Origin: Octopus vulgaris
Lineage: Eukaryota
Assembly (NCBI GenBank): GCA_951406725.2
Contig: OX597832.1
Location: forward strand, 1,240,001-1,304,000
Length of the DNA: 64,000 nt
Direction of reading: 5' to 3'
In this document: piece by piece, positions 1-11,089 of the stretch
Layout of the letters: every line of letters starts with the position of its first letter
How positions within the stretch are numbered: the first letter of the stretch is position 1
The notes under the pieces: generated by a model
What the model was told of the DNA's origin: nothing
What the model saw: the letters and a program-made list of their open reading frames with translations, nothing else
Databases searched by the model: none
Position numbers and translations under genes: made by a program

Positions 1-214
1 CTAATCTCACACTCATCTCAAAAACTGTGTATGTCTGTATGCTTATATGACAAATACCGGTTGCTCAGTTCATAAAGAGTATAAAGCAGACAAATTTACA
101 AATGAAACTTGTGGACAAATATAAATATACAACCTGTGACAAATATAAATATACAAACTGGAAGAGAGTTACAGCTCATGAATAAAATACCTAGTGTAAA
201 CATATATACATAAT

Positions 215-1915
215 TGTGATGGAAATGTAACTGACCAGAAGGGAGGGGGAGAGATGGTGCAGGAAGACTGGAAGGGATAAGATGACGTCACACTGGTGAG
301 CGACAAGGAAAGTCACCCTCTTCTTTATGCTGTCAGTGACAGAGGCCAGATGTGGTGTGAAGAGATCGGTCATGTCAATATGTAATAATAACTGAATGAT
401 CTGCTGGCAGTAGCTGATTGCAAGTTAAAGTAAGAGCAACTCTATTTTTGTACCTTTAAACCATAAGCTATTCTGACAAAATGTTACCAACTATGAGGTT
501 ATGTCTGTGAACTAGATTTTTAAATTTTTTATGTTGCTCTTATTCTTCTTCATTTTTTTTTTTTTGCAATAGCCACAAAAATCAGAATTGGTAGTGATGT
601 GTTGAGACCTTTCACTGGGGAAGGTGATGCAGTGGCCTAGATAAAGAAAGTGAGACTCATGGTGAAGGTGCAGGGAATAGAAGATGTGGCTAGCCTTATG
701 CTATTGTACTTAGAAGGCAGTGTGCTGAATCTGTACTTGGAGAGGGAAGAAGCAGACCAATAGAAAGCAGAAAAAAACTGAAGAGCAGCTGAAAGATGCA
801 TGCATGGAGGGGCTTTTAAAACCTACAGCAAGCTTGGGATAGTGAAGACGACTATGTGAGTAAGATTAGGAGGTCGGTGGCATAGCAGGGTTTATTGGAT
901 GGTGAAGCTGTCTTTTGCGACCAGCTTCCCCGATCATATCTCTCTACGTCTGCAGCAGATCCCAGACATTGAAACAATGTCAGTAGGAGAGATGATTGAC
1001 AAATTGCGGGTGTTGTTGCAAAGTGACACACATGATGTAGTGGCAACAGTGACAGTGGATACAAGTGGGATGAAAGGCACAGGTAGTAAACAATGACAGC
1101 AAGAGTCTGGCAAGGTGAATGGTCAAAGGACCATGCTTCAAATGTTGAAGTTCACACATGGTCAGGGAATGCATGGAACCAAAGCCAACACTGGTGTTAC
1201 TGATGCAGCCACCCTGGACACATAGTGAATAACTGAAAGCCGAGCAACAAGCAGAGAGGAACTACTGTGCTACTAGTTCCCTTCATGACCAATTGAAAGT
1301 GCACCACCGAATGTTGCCTGGATACTGTGTTGAAAAGTGTCAAACTAGCATTGAGATAGGGACTGAAAACTGTTGAGGTATGGATTGATTCTGCCACAGT
1401 GCAAGGGTGGGTGGAATCAGTAATCACCAACTGGAAGAGGATTTGCACAAAAGGGGCCATAAGAATGGTGATTAAGTATCGCCTGGGAATCCTGAGGGAG
1501 CAAGCTGCCGAGTTTGACCAGTAGTTGCATGTGGTTTTATGCCCTCAGAAAAGAATGAGGTGGATATTCTAACCAGAGTGAAAAAGCATTTGATGGAAAC
1601 AGCAGAGAATATTCTGAGTGGGGTAGCAGTGGTTTGTTGACTGGAAGATACAGAACTAAGGAGCTGCACAACATGCACCATGTGAGAGTTGACAGGATGG
1701 CTGACCCCAGTGTCACCGGGGAGAGCATTTGGAGGATAGTGGGGAATTGCAACTGGTGCCAATCGATTGATCTCACCCTGAGCACACACGAACCAGGAAA
1801 GATTCAAGTAGAGGAAGATTGGAAGAGGCTAGCCATTGATGTGAGGCGCTATCAGGGAAAGGTGTAGACCAGGGAAAATAGCTATATGGAGAGAAATCAG
1901 GGTGGAGGCTGCTGT
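215..1915 (+). mobile_element. Decayed Gypsy-like LTR retrotransposon (5' LTR about 215-489, gag, deleted pol with RNase H and integrase N-terminus)
   Basis: TG...CA LTR-like block; gag-like peptide VLRPFTGEGDAVA*IKKVRLMVKVQGIEDVASLMLLYLEGS; CCHC knuckle remnants (CFKC*SSHMVREC, CY*CSHPGH); RNase H-like LKSVKLALR*GLKTVEVWIDSATV; integrase HHCC region ELHNMHH...CNWCQSID...WKRLAIDV; many stops and frameshifts. Confidence 0.85.
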
Positions 1916-3002
1916 TGTTGTTTTTTAACTTTTTCTCCACATTTGAAGCATCTGGGTCTACATTCCTCGACAGATACTCTAGCGCTTAGTCCTTCCCTTA
2001 TAAAAATCCTTCCCTTATATTTTGTTTGAAGTCTGAACCAACATCTCGAGTGTTTGGCCTTTCCAGTTTAGAGCCTCTTGCTTTTTCATTTGCAGTATTG
2101 ATATTTCTTCCTCTGTGTCGTAAATTACGGCTGCTGCCATCCAGTTTACATCATAACCAGCTGGTATCTTCTCAACTGTTATTTTTGCAGTTCTCCAGCC
2201 TAGGTAGGTCGGAAGTAACATTATCTCCTCATTTTTTAGAGTTTGAGTTGATATTTCTTTTGCTATTTCAGCGTTTTCGAATTGCACCTCAATAGTGGTG
2301 TTTCTTGGTCCTCGACTGACATAGGTAATTTTTCCCCACATGGGGGCAAGACACTTCTCTACAACCTCGTTTTTCACTGACATTATTCTTTTTTTCTTTA
2401 TGGTTGTACGTTTTGTATACTACCGTTTTGGCAGTTAAGTTTTGTATCATGTCCTGTGGTGGCAGAAGTTTGGTTTCATTGTCACTTTTCTTTATCAGGT
2501 TTTGAAACGTAAATAAATGTTCCTTAGATAACTCCAATTCACAGAAATTGCCACCGACAGCAGCAGAAAAACTTGGATTTTCCTTTCTTTCCTGGTTACA
2601 AACTTGGTTACTTTCTTTCATGGCTGGGAAATCCTCCTCTGAGAACAGAAAGTCGACACTCGAAAACAAATTCAAATCCATTTTTGCAAATGGCTTCTGA
2701 ATATCAGAAAAATAGTAGTTATTTTATCACAATGACAAAAAATAATTTTTTACTCTGCGATGGATAAAAAAGAAAAAAAAACACAAAAAACAGTCCAACA
2801 AGTTATGCAGCACTTAATTTTCTGCCTCGTAGGGCGAAAATTTATATTACAATGAGGTCAACAGTTCGATTCCAACAAGAGCACAAACATAACAATTTTA
2901 ACAACAAAAATACATTAACCAAATAAACTCACTAAGCAGTAGCAGCCAAACACAGAAGAGTGGCAATCACTGGTCGTCGATGTGAAGTGGTTCCCAATGC
3001 AA
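1915..3002 (-). mobile_element. 5' part (UTR plus ORF1) of a Tx1/L1-like LINE
   Basis: ORF 2015-2383 is homologous to 35923-36327 (VEKCLAPMWGKITYVSRG vs VEKCLAPIWNQVTYVSCG); continues to VEECRPRCFKCGEK; shared UTR motif aattttc(g/a)ccctacg(a/g)ggcagaaaatt at about 2816-2842 and 35542-35568. Confidence 0.85.
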
Positions 3003-3301
3003 ATATATATATATCCTTTTCCCAGTGACAAAAGGTCACTGGTCTCGCAAAAGTGTAAACAAGCAATAACAAATCTCTGAGCGAGGTATAAACAGTAGCT
3101 GCAAGACATCGTGAAGTATATTTGCCACTTAAATGTGGTTAACCTTTAAGGGTGGATGCTACTGTAGCTTGTAGACTCAGGAAGACACCTCCTCTAGCTG
3201 GCAATTGACACACATTCTGTGCCCTATCAGTGATTGTCACACGCTGATGGCGAGTCAATACCCAGAAACTTGGGTCCATCAGGTTGGAGATATATATATA
3301 T

Positions 3302-3880
3302 ATTTGCATTGGGAACCACTTCACATCACTGACCAGTGATTGTCACTCATGGGTGTTGGTAGTGATTTCTTCGACGTGAGTTCGAATCATTACACACTGA
3401 TATTGTATGTTTGCTGTAGGTGAACCAAAATTCGTTGAATTGTTTAAATTGTTGGATTTTAGTCACTGTTTTGTTTGCATCTGTATATTCCCCATTTACG
3501 GGAGAAGTGGAGAAAGGAAGAAAGATGGAGAATAGACAAAGTTATGCAGAGGCAACGACCCAAGGAATAAATGCTAACACCCTGGAAGTACAGGAAATAG
3601 AAATTGACACAAGAAAGTGGAGGGAAGGAAACAAACTGGTAAAAAGAGAGGGAGTCAGTCTAAAGCAGAGGAACTGATGAACAGCATAGTAAAGAGGATG
3701 GTAGTATACAGGACGTTGTCTACATCCTCAAACAAGATAGATTTCGCCCCAACAGAAGAAATAGAGGAGTGCTTTGAAAAAGTTAAAAAATTGACCACAT
3801 ACACATGGAAGAAAGTATGGCACAGTGGAAGTAAGGTTTGGCAATGAAGAAGATGTCATAAACCACTCTACAGACCCCAG
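3302..3880 (+). mobile_element. 5' fragment of a second, related LINE family (ORF1 N-terminus)
   Basis: MENRQSYAEATT...RMVVYRTL...EEIEECFEKV...GTVEVRFGNEE distantly parallels the Tx1-like ORF1; shares an about 50-bp leader with the element ending at 3002. Confidence 0.6.
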
Positions 3881-3946
3881 ACCCCAGTTGAACCGTCCAA
3901 CCCATGCTAGCATGGAAAGCGGACGCTAAACGATGATGATGATGAT
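3880..3946 (+). repeat. RTE-type LINE/SINE 3' tail ending in (GAT)n, followed by (TA)n
   Basis: aaccgtccaacccatgctagcatggaaagcggacgctaaacgatgatgatgatg. Confidence 0.55.
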
Positions 3947-3949
3947 ATA

Positions 3950-3979
<30 letters not shown>

Positions 3980-3988
<9 letters not shown>

Positions 3989-6205
3989 GAGTGTATTTTT
4001 ACCTTGTTAACAATTAACACGGAAAAAATAAATAAATAGTTATCAGGGCAGCAAAAATCTCACAAGTAAAGGTGTTGTAACTCCTTGTTTATAAAGGTAG
4101 AAACTTCGTGTTTACGTTGAATATTTTGAATAATATGAATAAAAAAATGGAGTTAACGCAGGTGTAATCAAATATTTTTACTTTCGACACATGTTTCAAA
4201 AATTCCACTGATACTATTCAAAAGAATAAATGGTATAAACAATGCAATCTTATCAGGAAAGTGAAAAAAACGAAACTCGTCAATAAGACATTTTAGCAAA
4301 AAATGATGGATTTGTACAGCGATAAACAGAACGCTATTAATATTGTTTAAAAAAACGTTATATGATATAACGTCATAAGTAGCTAACAGAAAGAGTAGGG
4401 ATATTAATAGTGAATGTTAAATATAAAGGAAATTAAAGTTTAAATTATATATAATGATAGAGACTACTTATATGCACTAAATGTATGTTTTTGCCAATGC
4501 TTACATCTGTATGCTCACTCTATAACCGTGTTTACTAGAGTATTTTTAGAAAAAATAATGGAAAATAGCTCAGAATTGCAGAGAAGACAGAATTTCTTGC
4601 CTTTGTCATATGGTATCGAAATTGAGAGAATCAACCATTCTAAATGAAATTGTTCATTGTGGTCTTTTAAATCCCAAATCAGTTTGTTGAGACCGGTACT
4701 TTTCCATTTATTTCTATCCCTAAATGTTGAGTAATGGATAGAAATTCTTTTAGATAACTCTAACGATGTGCTTCCAATGTAAAATCGTACGTTATTACGA
4801 GTACTGATTATCCACTGGTATATAGAATTTTTAATCTTAGAGTTACTTGACATAAACTTAATTCTATTGGAATTGACTTCAGATACAATAACCTTGTTAT
4901 TAATATTTCTAGAGGGTTGAATGGTATTAGCTAAATTAAAGCTAAATTAGTAAATGTATTAATATTTAACAGTTTGTTATTATGAGAAGAGATAATTTGC
5001 AAGAGATTTTTTGTGTTTGAAAAACCTATCCTAACCTTATGTGAATTGATTATAGAGTAATATCTAGAATTGTTTGGAAAATTCCTAGCAATAGCTTGAC
5101 GAAACAGCAGTGGGAGATTAGATTTAATTTGTCACCCGTAAGGAATTATTAACCAAATATTTTTACTAGTATTCATAGCGTAATTACTTTTGAAGGTGTT
5201 ATATTTACTTTTAGATCGATAATAGGGGATTAAATAAGGGTTATAAATTCACATAAGGTTAGGATAGGTTTTTCAAACACAAAAAATCTCTTGCAAATTA
5301 TCTCTTCTCATAATAACAAACTGTTAAATATTAATACATTTACTAATACTAACATTAATTTAGCTAATACCATTCAACCCTCTAGAAATATTAATAACAA
5401 GGTTATTGTATCTGAAGTCAATTCCAATGGAATTAAGTTTGTCAAGTAACTCTAAGATTAAAAATTCTATATACCAGTGTATAATGAGTACTCGTAATAA
5501 AGTACGATTTTACATTGGAAGCACATCGTTAGAGTTATCTAAAAGAATTTCTATCCATTACTCAACATTTAGGGATAGAAATAAACGGAATAGTACCAGT
5601 CTCAGCAAGTTATGTTATCAATTTCTCTGTATAACCTGCTTTGATTAAGGCAGAGTTATAGAATTCAGCATTATTATTGAAAATATCAACATTAGCAGAT
5701 AATTTAGATAATCTAAATGAAATATTCTTAACTAGATTCTTAGTAATTGCTCTAGGATGATTACTAAATTTGCTAATGTACTTAAGATTGGTCAACGGTT
5801 TACGATATGGGAAGTAAGAGTCGCTGTGTAAATTAAGCATAATATCTAAAAAGTTGGCCTTCGTCATATCGTCATCAAAAACGATTTTTAAGCCCATTCT
5901 ACTGAAAAAATTAACTAAACTATTCTTAACTTTTTGTACCCTTTGGTTGGAAACATTTTGGAGGTAAAGTAAACAATCATCACGATATAGACCTCCATAA
6001 ATGTTAGGGAACTATTCAGCCATTTCAAAAAGAATATATATACAGACCAAATCAGCTATGTGTGCTGAATCAGAACTTCCCATTGGTATATTGAAACTAT
6101 CTGGTGTGTCTTTACGGACCCACAACTTATCATCAAATTTAATAATAGATCTTTTGGCTGCCAACACAACATTAATTTCTTCTCGGGTGAGACCAGCTTT
6201 GTTAT
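3980..6205 (-). mobile_element. Penelope-like element, Naiad-type (RT C-terminus, GIY-YIG endonuclease, 3' region), with an internal inverted duplication
   Basis: RT motifs FNIPMGSSDSAHIADLV, GGLYRDDCL, NFLDIMLNL, PYRKP, SNHP (5610-6200); GIY-YIG IYQ...FYIGSTS...KRISIH...FCLLCNSEL (4515-4853); about 5245-5610 is an inverted copy of about 4682-5052. Confidence 0.9.
4180..4262 (-). ncRNA. Degenerate type I hammerhead ribozyme motif in PLE 3' region
   Basis: Minus strand ACTTTC-CTGATAA-[long imperfect stem II]-GAAAC-ATGT-GTC-GAAAGT: perfect 6-bp stem I and GUC triplet; core G8 is A. Confidence 0.7.
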
Positions 6206-6277
6206 GAGCAAGCCAAAGTGCCTTATATATATGATATATATATATCTATATACATATGCATATATATATATATATAT

Positions 6278-6465
6278 AAACAATTGCAGCGTGGAAGGTG
6301 TTTATAAGCCATTTAAGAAACACGCAAAAACCATTAGATCCACTTCAATATTTTAATTTAATTTATCAAAATATTTTCGTCGCTTTGAGACCATGACCTG
6401 TTCACTGACAAAATTCCGTGCTAGCATGGAATTTTGTCAGTGAACAGGTTGCGGTCTCAATGACC
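6278..6465. mobile_element. Partial palindromic PLE-terminal-repeat-like element (same family as 41167-41511)
   Basis: Near identity to 41165-41350; central hairpin gacctgttcactgacaaaattcc/ggaattttgtcagtgaacaggt. Confidence 0.8.
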
Positions 6466-8200
6466 ACCAAATAAGAGAGCGGGGAACCCTGTTGAAAGCT
6501 TTCTCTTGTTGATGAAAGCTAAGTACAATGGTTTACTTTTGGCCAAATACTTTTCACTAGGAAGATGGCATCTATGGTACTTCTCCCTGGAACAAAACCA
6601 AACTGCATCTCATCTAGTTTAAATCTATCCCTAATCAGTTGAGATATAACTCTCTCTGTAATTTTCATGACCTGATCCAGTAGTTTGATACTTCTGTAGT
6701 TGTTTCTATCTAACTTGATTAACAATGAGTGACTAAGCTGTATCCTACACTACCTGATATTTTAATCATCTCAGCAGTGATACCCGAAGGTCCAGGGGCT
6801 TTCCCAGTCTTCATTACCTTAATTGCCTTATCTGTTTTACTGCTATCAATTCTAATTGCTGGTGCCCCAACTGGTTTGATATTTGAAAAATTCTCCTTCT
6901 CCCATTCATTCTCCACATTTAATAATCATTCATAATGCTATCTCCATGCATCTTTCTTCTCTAAGCACAAGCGTACCATTAACCATTTGTACACATTTTT
7001 CACCTACCACATCTCTATCCTCTCTGATACACTGCTTTGCAATCCTGAACACATCACCCCACCGATCCTCATGCTGTAGAACATTGATAAACTCCTTACC
7101 TTCTGCTATGTAGACCTGTTGCCTAGCCTTTTTACTGGCTCTCTGATGTAATGTGCTGCTTCCACTGTTTTTCCAGTCCTTTCAGACCTGTCTCTTTGTT
7201 CTTATAGCATTGTCCACCTCCTTATTCTACCAACCACAGATTTAGTCAGTGGTACCCAGTAAATTGTTCCACAGGAACTTCTAGTTTTCCTCTAAGCTAC
7301 ATGTCCCTTCCTCTCTATCATCATAGGCTTCCAGTAGAATGTCTCTAAATTTTACTTTGCAGGGTTTTGATCTTCTTTAATCTTCTTTTCCAGTGTGGTT
7401 TATTTCTCAGAATCTCTCTAGTGCTAATTCTGAAGTCACAAACACGTAGCCTATGTTGGGGCATACACTCTTCACCTGGGAAAGACTTTGCATTTGTGTT
7501 CATCAGCCTATCTCATTGCCTGGTAAAGAAGTAATCAACCTGGCTTATATTCCCACCAGACTGATAAGTGATTAGGTGGCTGGCTGGTTTTCTGAAGTTT
7601 TTGTTGCAGATCATGAGATCATTTGCATCACAGAACTCAAGAAGCCTTGTTCCCTCCTCATTCATGGGGCCAAAACCATAACAACCATGCACACCATGGA
7701 ATCCATGGGAATGCTGCCCAACATGTCCACTAAAGTCGTCAGCAACAATAACGAAGTCTCTGTCATTTGTCATTGAGGCAGCCCAACCTGTGAAGCAAAG
7801 GCAGAGATAAATGTAATTGTTAATCTATTTATAAGTCACAACTTAATAACCCTATCACATACTCTGACTACCTCAATTATCTTATCTACCCACTTTTCTG
7901 TTATGAGTATGCCCACACCACCCATTCCATCTTTCCTGCTTATCCAGAAGAATTTGAACCTCTGTTTCTTATCCATGAAGAAACTAGCAGAGGCTCCTTT
8001 CCATTTCACTTCTTGCACACACATCGACTTGGTGATGCTCCATCATTTTGATAATCTCATCAAATTTCCTCTTCATTGAGCCAATGTTGATGTTTGCAAC
8101 CCTAAAATTGTGTACTTGGGAGGGACAAAGGGAAGATAGTTCTTGTGGAGCTTTTGTCCATGTTTGAAAAGAAGATCTGAGCAAACGTTTGCTAGGTAGT
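6465..8200 (-). mobile_element. Decayed RTE-clade LINE (APE endonuclease plus RT N-terminus)
   Basis: VANINIGSM, CVQEVKWKG, GGVGILI, DDFSGHVG, NEEGTRLLEFC, SQVDYF, MKTGKAPGPSGITAEM, NYRSIKLL, QFGFVPGRSTIDAIF. Confidence 0.9.
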
Positions 8201-8882
8201 GTAGAACCCTGGTACATCCTGTATTCAATTCAATGAAGTACAATTTCATCACTGACATACACCATCCAGATTAAGGACTAGTAAAGTGAGGGGTAAGAAG
8301 AACATGAAAGTTGTCATATGTCCATATATACATATACACAGTATTAACCTTATATGCTTATATCTATCTTCTATCTATATATATAAAAAAAGGTTCTGTC
8401 TGTTTGTCCCACAAAGTGAAACTAAAACCAGACACCATCTCCCTATGATTTTCTTTCTATGTCTCTATTCTCTCTCCACCTCTATATTCTCTGCCATACT
8501 ACTTCAGAGATTCTGTTCTTTCTCTCGCTTTCTTTCTCTGTTTCTTCCTTTCTCTCTCTCTCTTTCCCTCACTAAAACACACACACACATCAAACGTTAC
8601 ATTTCTCTGTCAAAATACTGAAGCCTTCCCATGGCCACTCACATATATATATAAATATATGCATATATATATGCACCTATAAATATGCATATACACACAC
8701 CCATACATATATTACACAGCAAAGAAATGAAAGATATTCAGAATATCATTAAATTGAACATAACATCATAAGTTTATTTTAAATAGCTATTATGATTTTT
8801 CTACAATATTGTTGTGAAAATATAAATTTTTCAGGAAATGCAAATTCAGAAAGGAATAGAGGGAAAAAAAATCATAACTTAC

Positions 8883-9134
8883 CATTGAAAATTTTCAAGG
8901 AATCAGTGCAGATCCCATCATCAGGTTGTCGCAGGTCAAGTGATTCAATTCTAAGATCAAACTGGTAACTATCAATCCCTATTATAGTAAGTACACTGTC
9001 ACACTGGGAATAATGTACTCTTCCATTTTTTTTTAAATGAGACACAATTGTCTCTTCATAAATATCTTTCATCTTTACAACTTGAATAGTCATTTCTTCT
9101 CTTGTACACTCTGACGGCATAACAATGAAGGTAG
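8883..9134 (-). CDS. Host internal exon, CUB-like extracellular domain (N-terminal part)
   Basis: Acceptor cttctttttgcag and donor G|gtaagt; 252 bp, phase 1-1, stop-free; TFIVMPSEC...QFDLRIESLDL...ICTDSLKIFNG resembles the CUB 'L.F..FDL...C..D.L.I.DG' pattern; no transposon motifs. Confidence 0.75.
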
Positions 9135-9229
9135 CTGCAAAAAGAAGTTTATTCTTCTCATAAATAATAAATATACTTGATGCATTTTACAATTCGTTTA
9201 AAAGGTTTAGGAGATAAAAATTATGGATA

Positions 9230-9915
9230 GAGCATATTTATTTACATTTGACAGATATTTATCCTCATCTTGTTTGTTATTAACACAATGTTTCAGCTGA
9301 TATATCCTCCAGCTTTCATCAGGTGTCTTGGGGAAATTTTGAACCTGGGTTCTCATTCCTAAGGTATTTTTCAATGTTGTTATTATTATCATTATTATTA
9401 TTATTATTATTCAGATCACTGCCTGGAATTGAACTCAGAATCTTGGGGTTAGTAGCCTGCGCTCTTAACCACTATGCCATATGCCCGTGGACAATTATAT
9501 AGTGAATTTTAGGGCTTATAAATCTAATATTCTCCTATCCTTCCTTAATACTGGTTCCCATATGCTACTCATATCTGCACTAGCTCTGCTTAGGAGGTTG
9601 TTGTGTCCTAACATATGTGCTGCTTCTTTTGGTTTTCGTATTTTCCAGTGGTGTTCTCTGTCTATTAAGGGTAGATGAACATCACAAAGCTGACATGAGG
9701 AGATATTGATAAATCGGGTGTAGCCGATCATGCATGGAAAAATGTGAGATGAATAATAGACACAGAACACCACTGGAAAATACGAAAACTAAAAGAAGCA
9801 GCACATATGATAGGACATATCAACCTCCTAAGCAGACCAAGTGCAGATATGAATAGCATATGGGAACTGGTATTAAAGAAGGATGGGAAAATATTAGATT
9901 TATAAGCCCTAAAAT
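9230..9915. mobile_element. PLE 3'-end fragments in inverted arrangement (GIY-YIG C-terminus, tRNA-like segment, (TAA)n, hammerhead)
   Basis: EHHWKIRK(P/L)KEAAHM on both strands (about 9500-9680 minus, 9690-9915 plus); homologous to 63500-64000 plus 62090-62313. Confidence 0.85.
9282..9327 (-). ncRNA. Minimal hammerhead ribozyme motif (PLE terminal repeat)
   Basis: GACAC-CTGATGA-A-AGCTG-gaggatatat-CAGCT-GAAA-CA-TT-GTGTT; homologs at 26774-26819(-), 27479-27524(+), 62138-62183(-). Confidence 0.7.
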
Positions 9916-9989
9916 TCATTCCATAAATGTACTTCACAGAACTGACAGAAACAAGGAGGAGTATCACATTTCATCCACGAAAACCTGGC

Positions 9990-10250
9990 AACAAAAATCC
10001 TCCTCTCCTGTTCCAACGCAATGTGTGGTACACTAATAATGCATATAACTGGCCAGGCATTACCTATCATCCTCCTGATGTGATTAACTACAGAGATCAC
10101 TTCAGGGATGCTTTATCATTCAAAAGCCAAACCCTAGGTGAGGCCATCCCATAGGCCAATGTACTTTTAACAGAAAACTTCAATTTTCCTAGTCTCAGCT
10201 GGTATGATCATATTTTTGCTGTTGATACCACCAAATTGAACAATCTTATT
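9990..10250 (+). mobile_element. CR1-like LINE endonuclease remnant
   Basis: ITYHPPD...NVLLTENFNFPSLSW resembles the IYRPP...GDFNFP..W motifs. Confidence 0.45.
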
Positions 10251-11089
10251 GTTAAAGGCGGGAAATTATGACTTTAGACAATAGCACGTCTTATGCATGA
10301 TTTTTCAGTATGTTCCTCTGTCATCTTTGTCCATATCTTGTATGTGATTTTTCTAATTGCTTCTTAGTCATCCTTCTGTACAAGTGTTTAATCAATCTGT
10401 GTATGTACATATTTATATAATGTCTACCTCCTGTGCAATATTTCATGGTTATTTATCAATGTAACAACGCACTTCCTGTTCCTACTCAGTGGCATCCTAC
10501 ACAATGTTCAGTATTTGATGCAAAATTTTCTTTCTTTTCTATCCCTTTCTCTATTCTTCTCCTCTTGTGTGCAAAACCTTCCCCATCTATTTCTGTCTTG
10601 CTCTCTATACTACCTTTAATTTCTTCCTCTGTCTATCTCTTTCTTGTCAACTATCTACTGTCTATTCTTATTCCCTTCTTCTTTCTGCACACCCTCTTTC
10701 TTCCTACCTGCTCTTCCCCAACCTCCTCTACTTCTCTCTGTTGGTCTCTCTCTCTTCACTTTTTGGTACCAACAGACCATCCAATTTCTTTACCACCCAT
10801 CTTTTTTCTACTTGACCAATGCTTAGGTAAGACCATGTTTTATATGGGGTTTTTTCATCTCCTGCCTAGCATCCACTTCAAACCTTCAGTTTGCCTTATC
10901 TTACTTTTAATTCTTTTCTTTACTTCTATCCCATCTTTCTATTCTTTTCCTGAGCCCTCTCATCATACCTTTGGAACACAAGCACCACTATTTTCTTTCT
11001 TTTTTGTTATTTTTCATCATGTAGTGTCTCACATTTTAAAATACTTGCAATTTGTATTTTTACTGCTTTGCTAAAGATAAGCTCATTTA

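Noticed and set aside
8364-8640. Second Helitron
   Set aside because: 5' end looks Helitron-like, but no 3' hairpin or CTRR terminus was found.
10433-11074. 213-aa hydrophobic ORF
   Set aside because: Pyrimidine-rich low-complexity strand of a probable decayed repeat; no domain or splice support.
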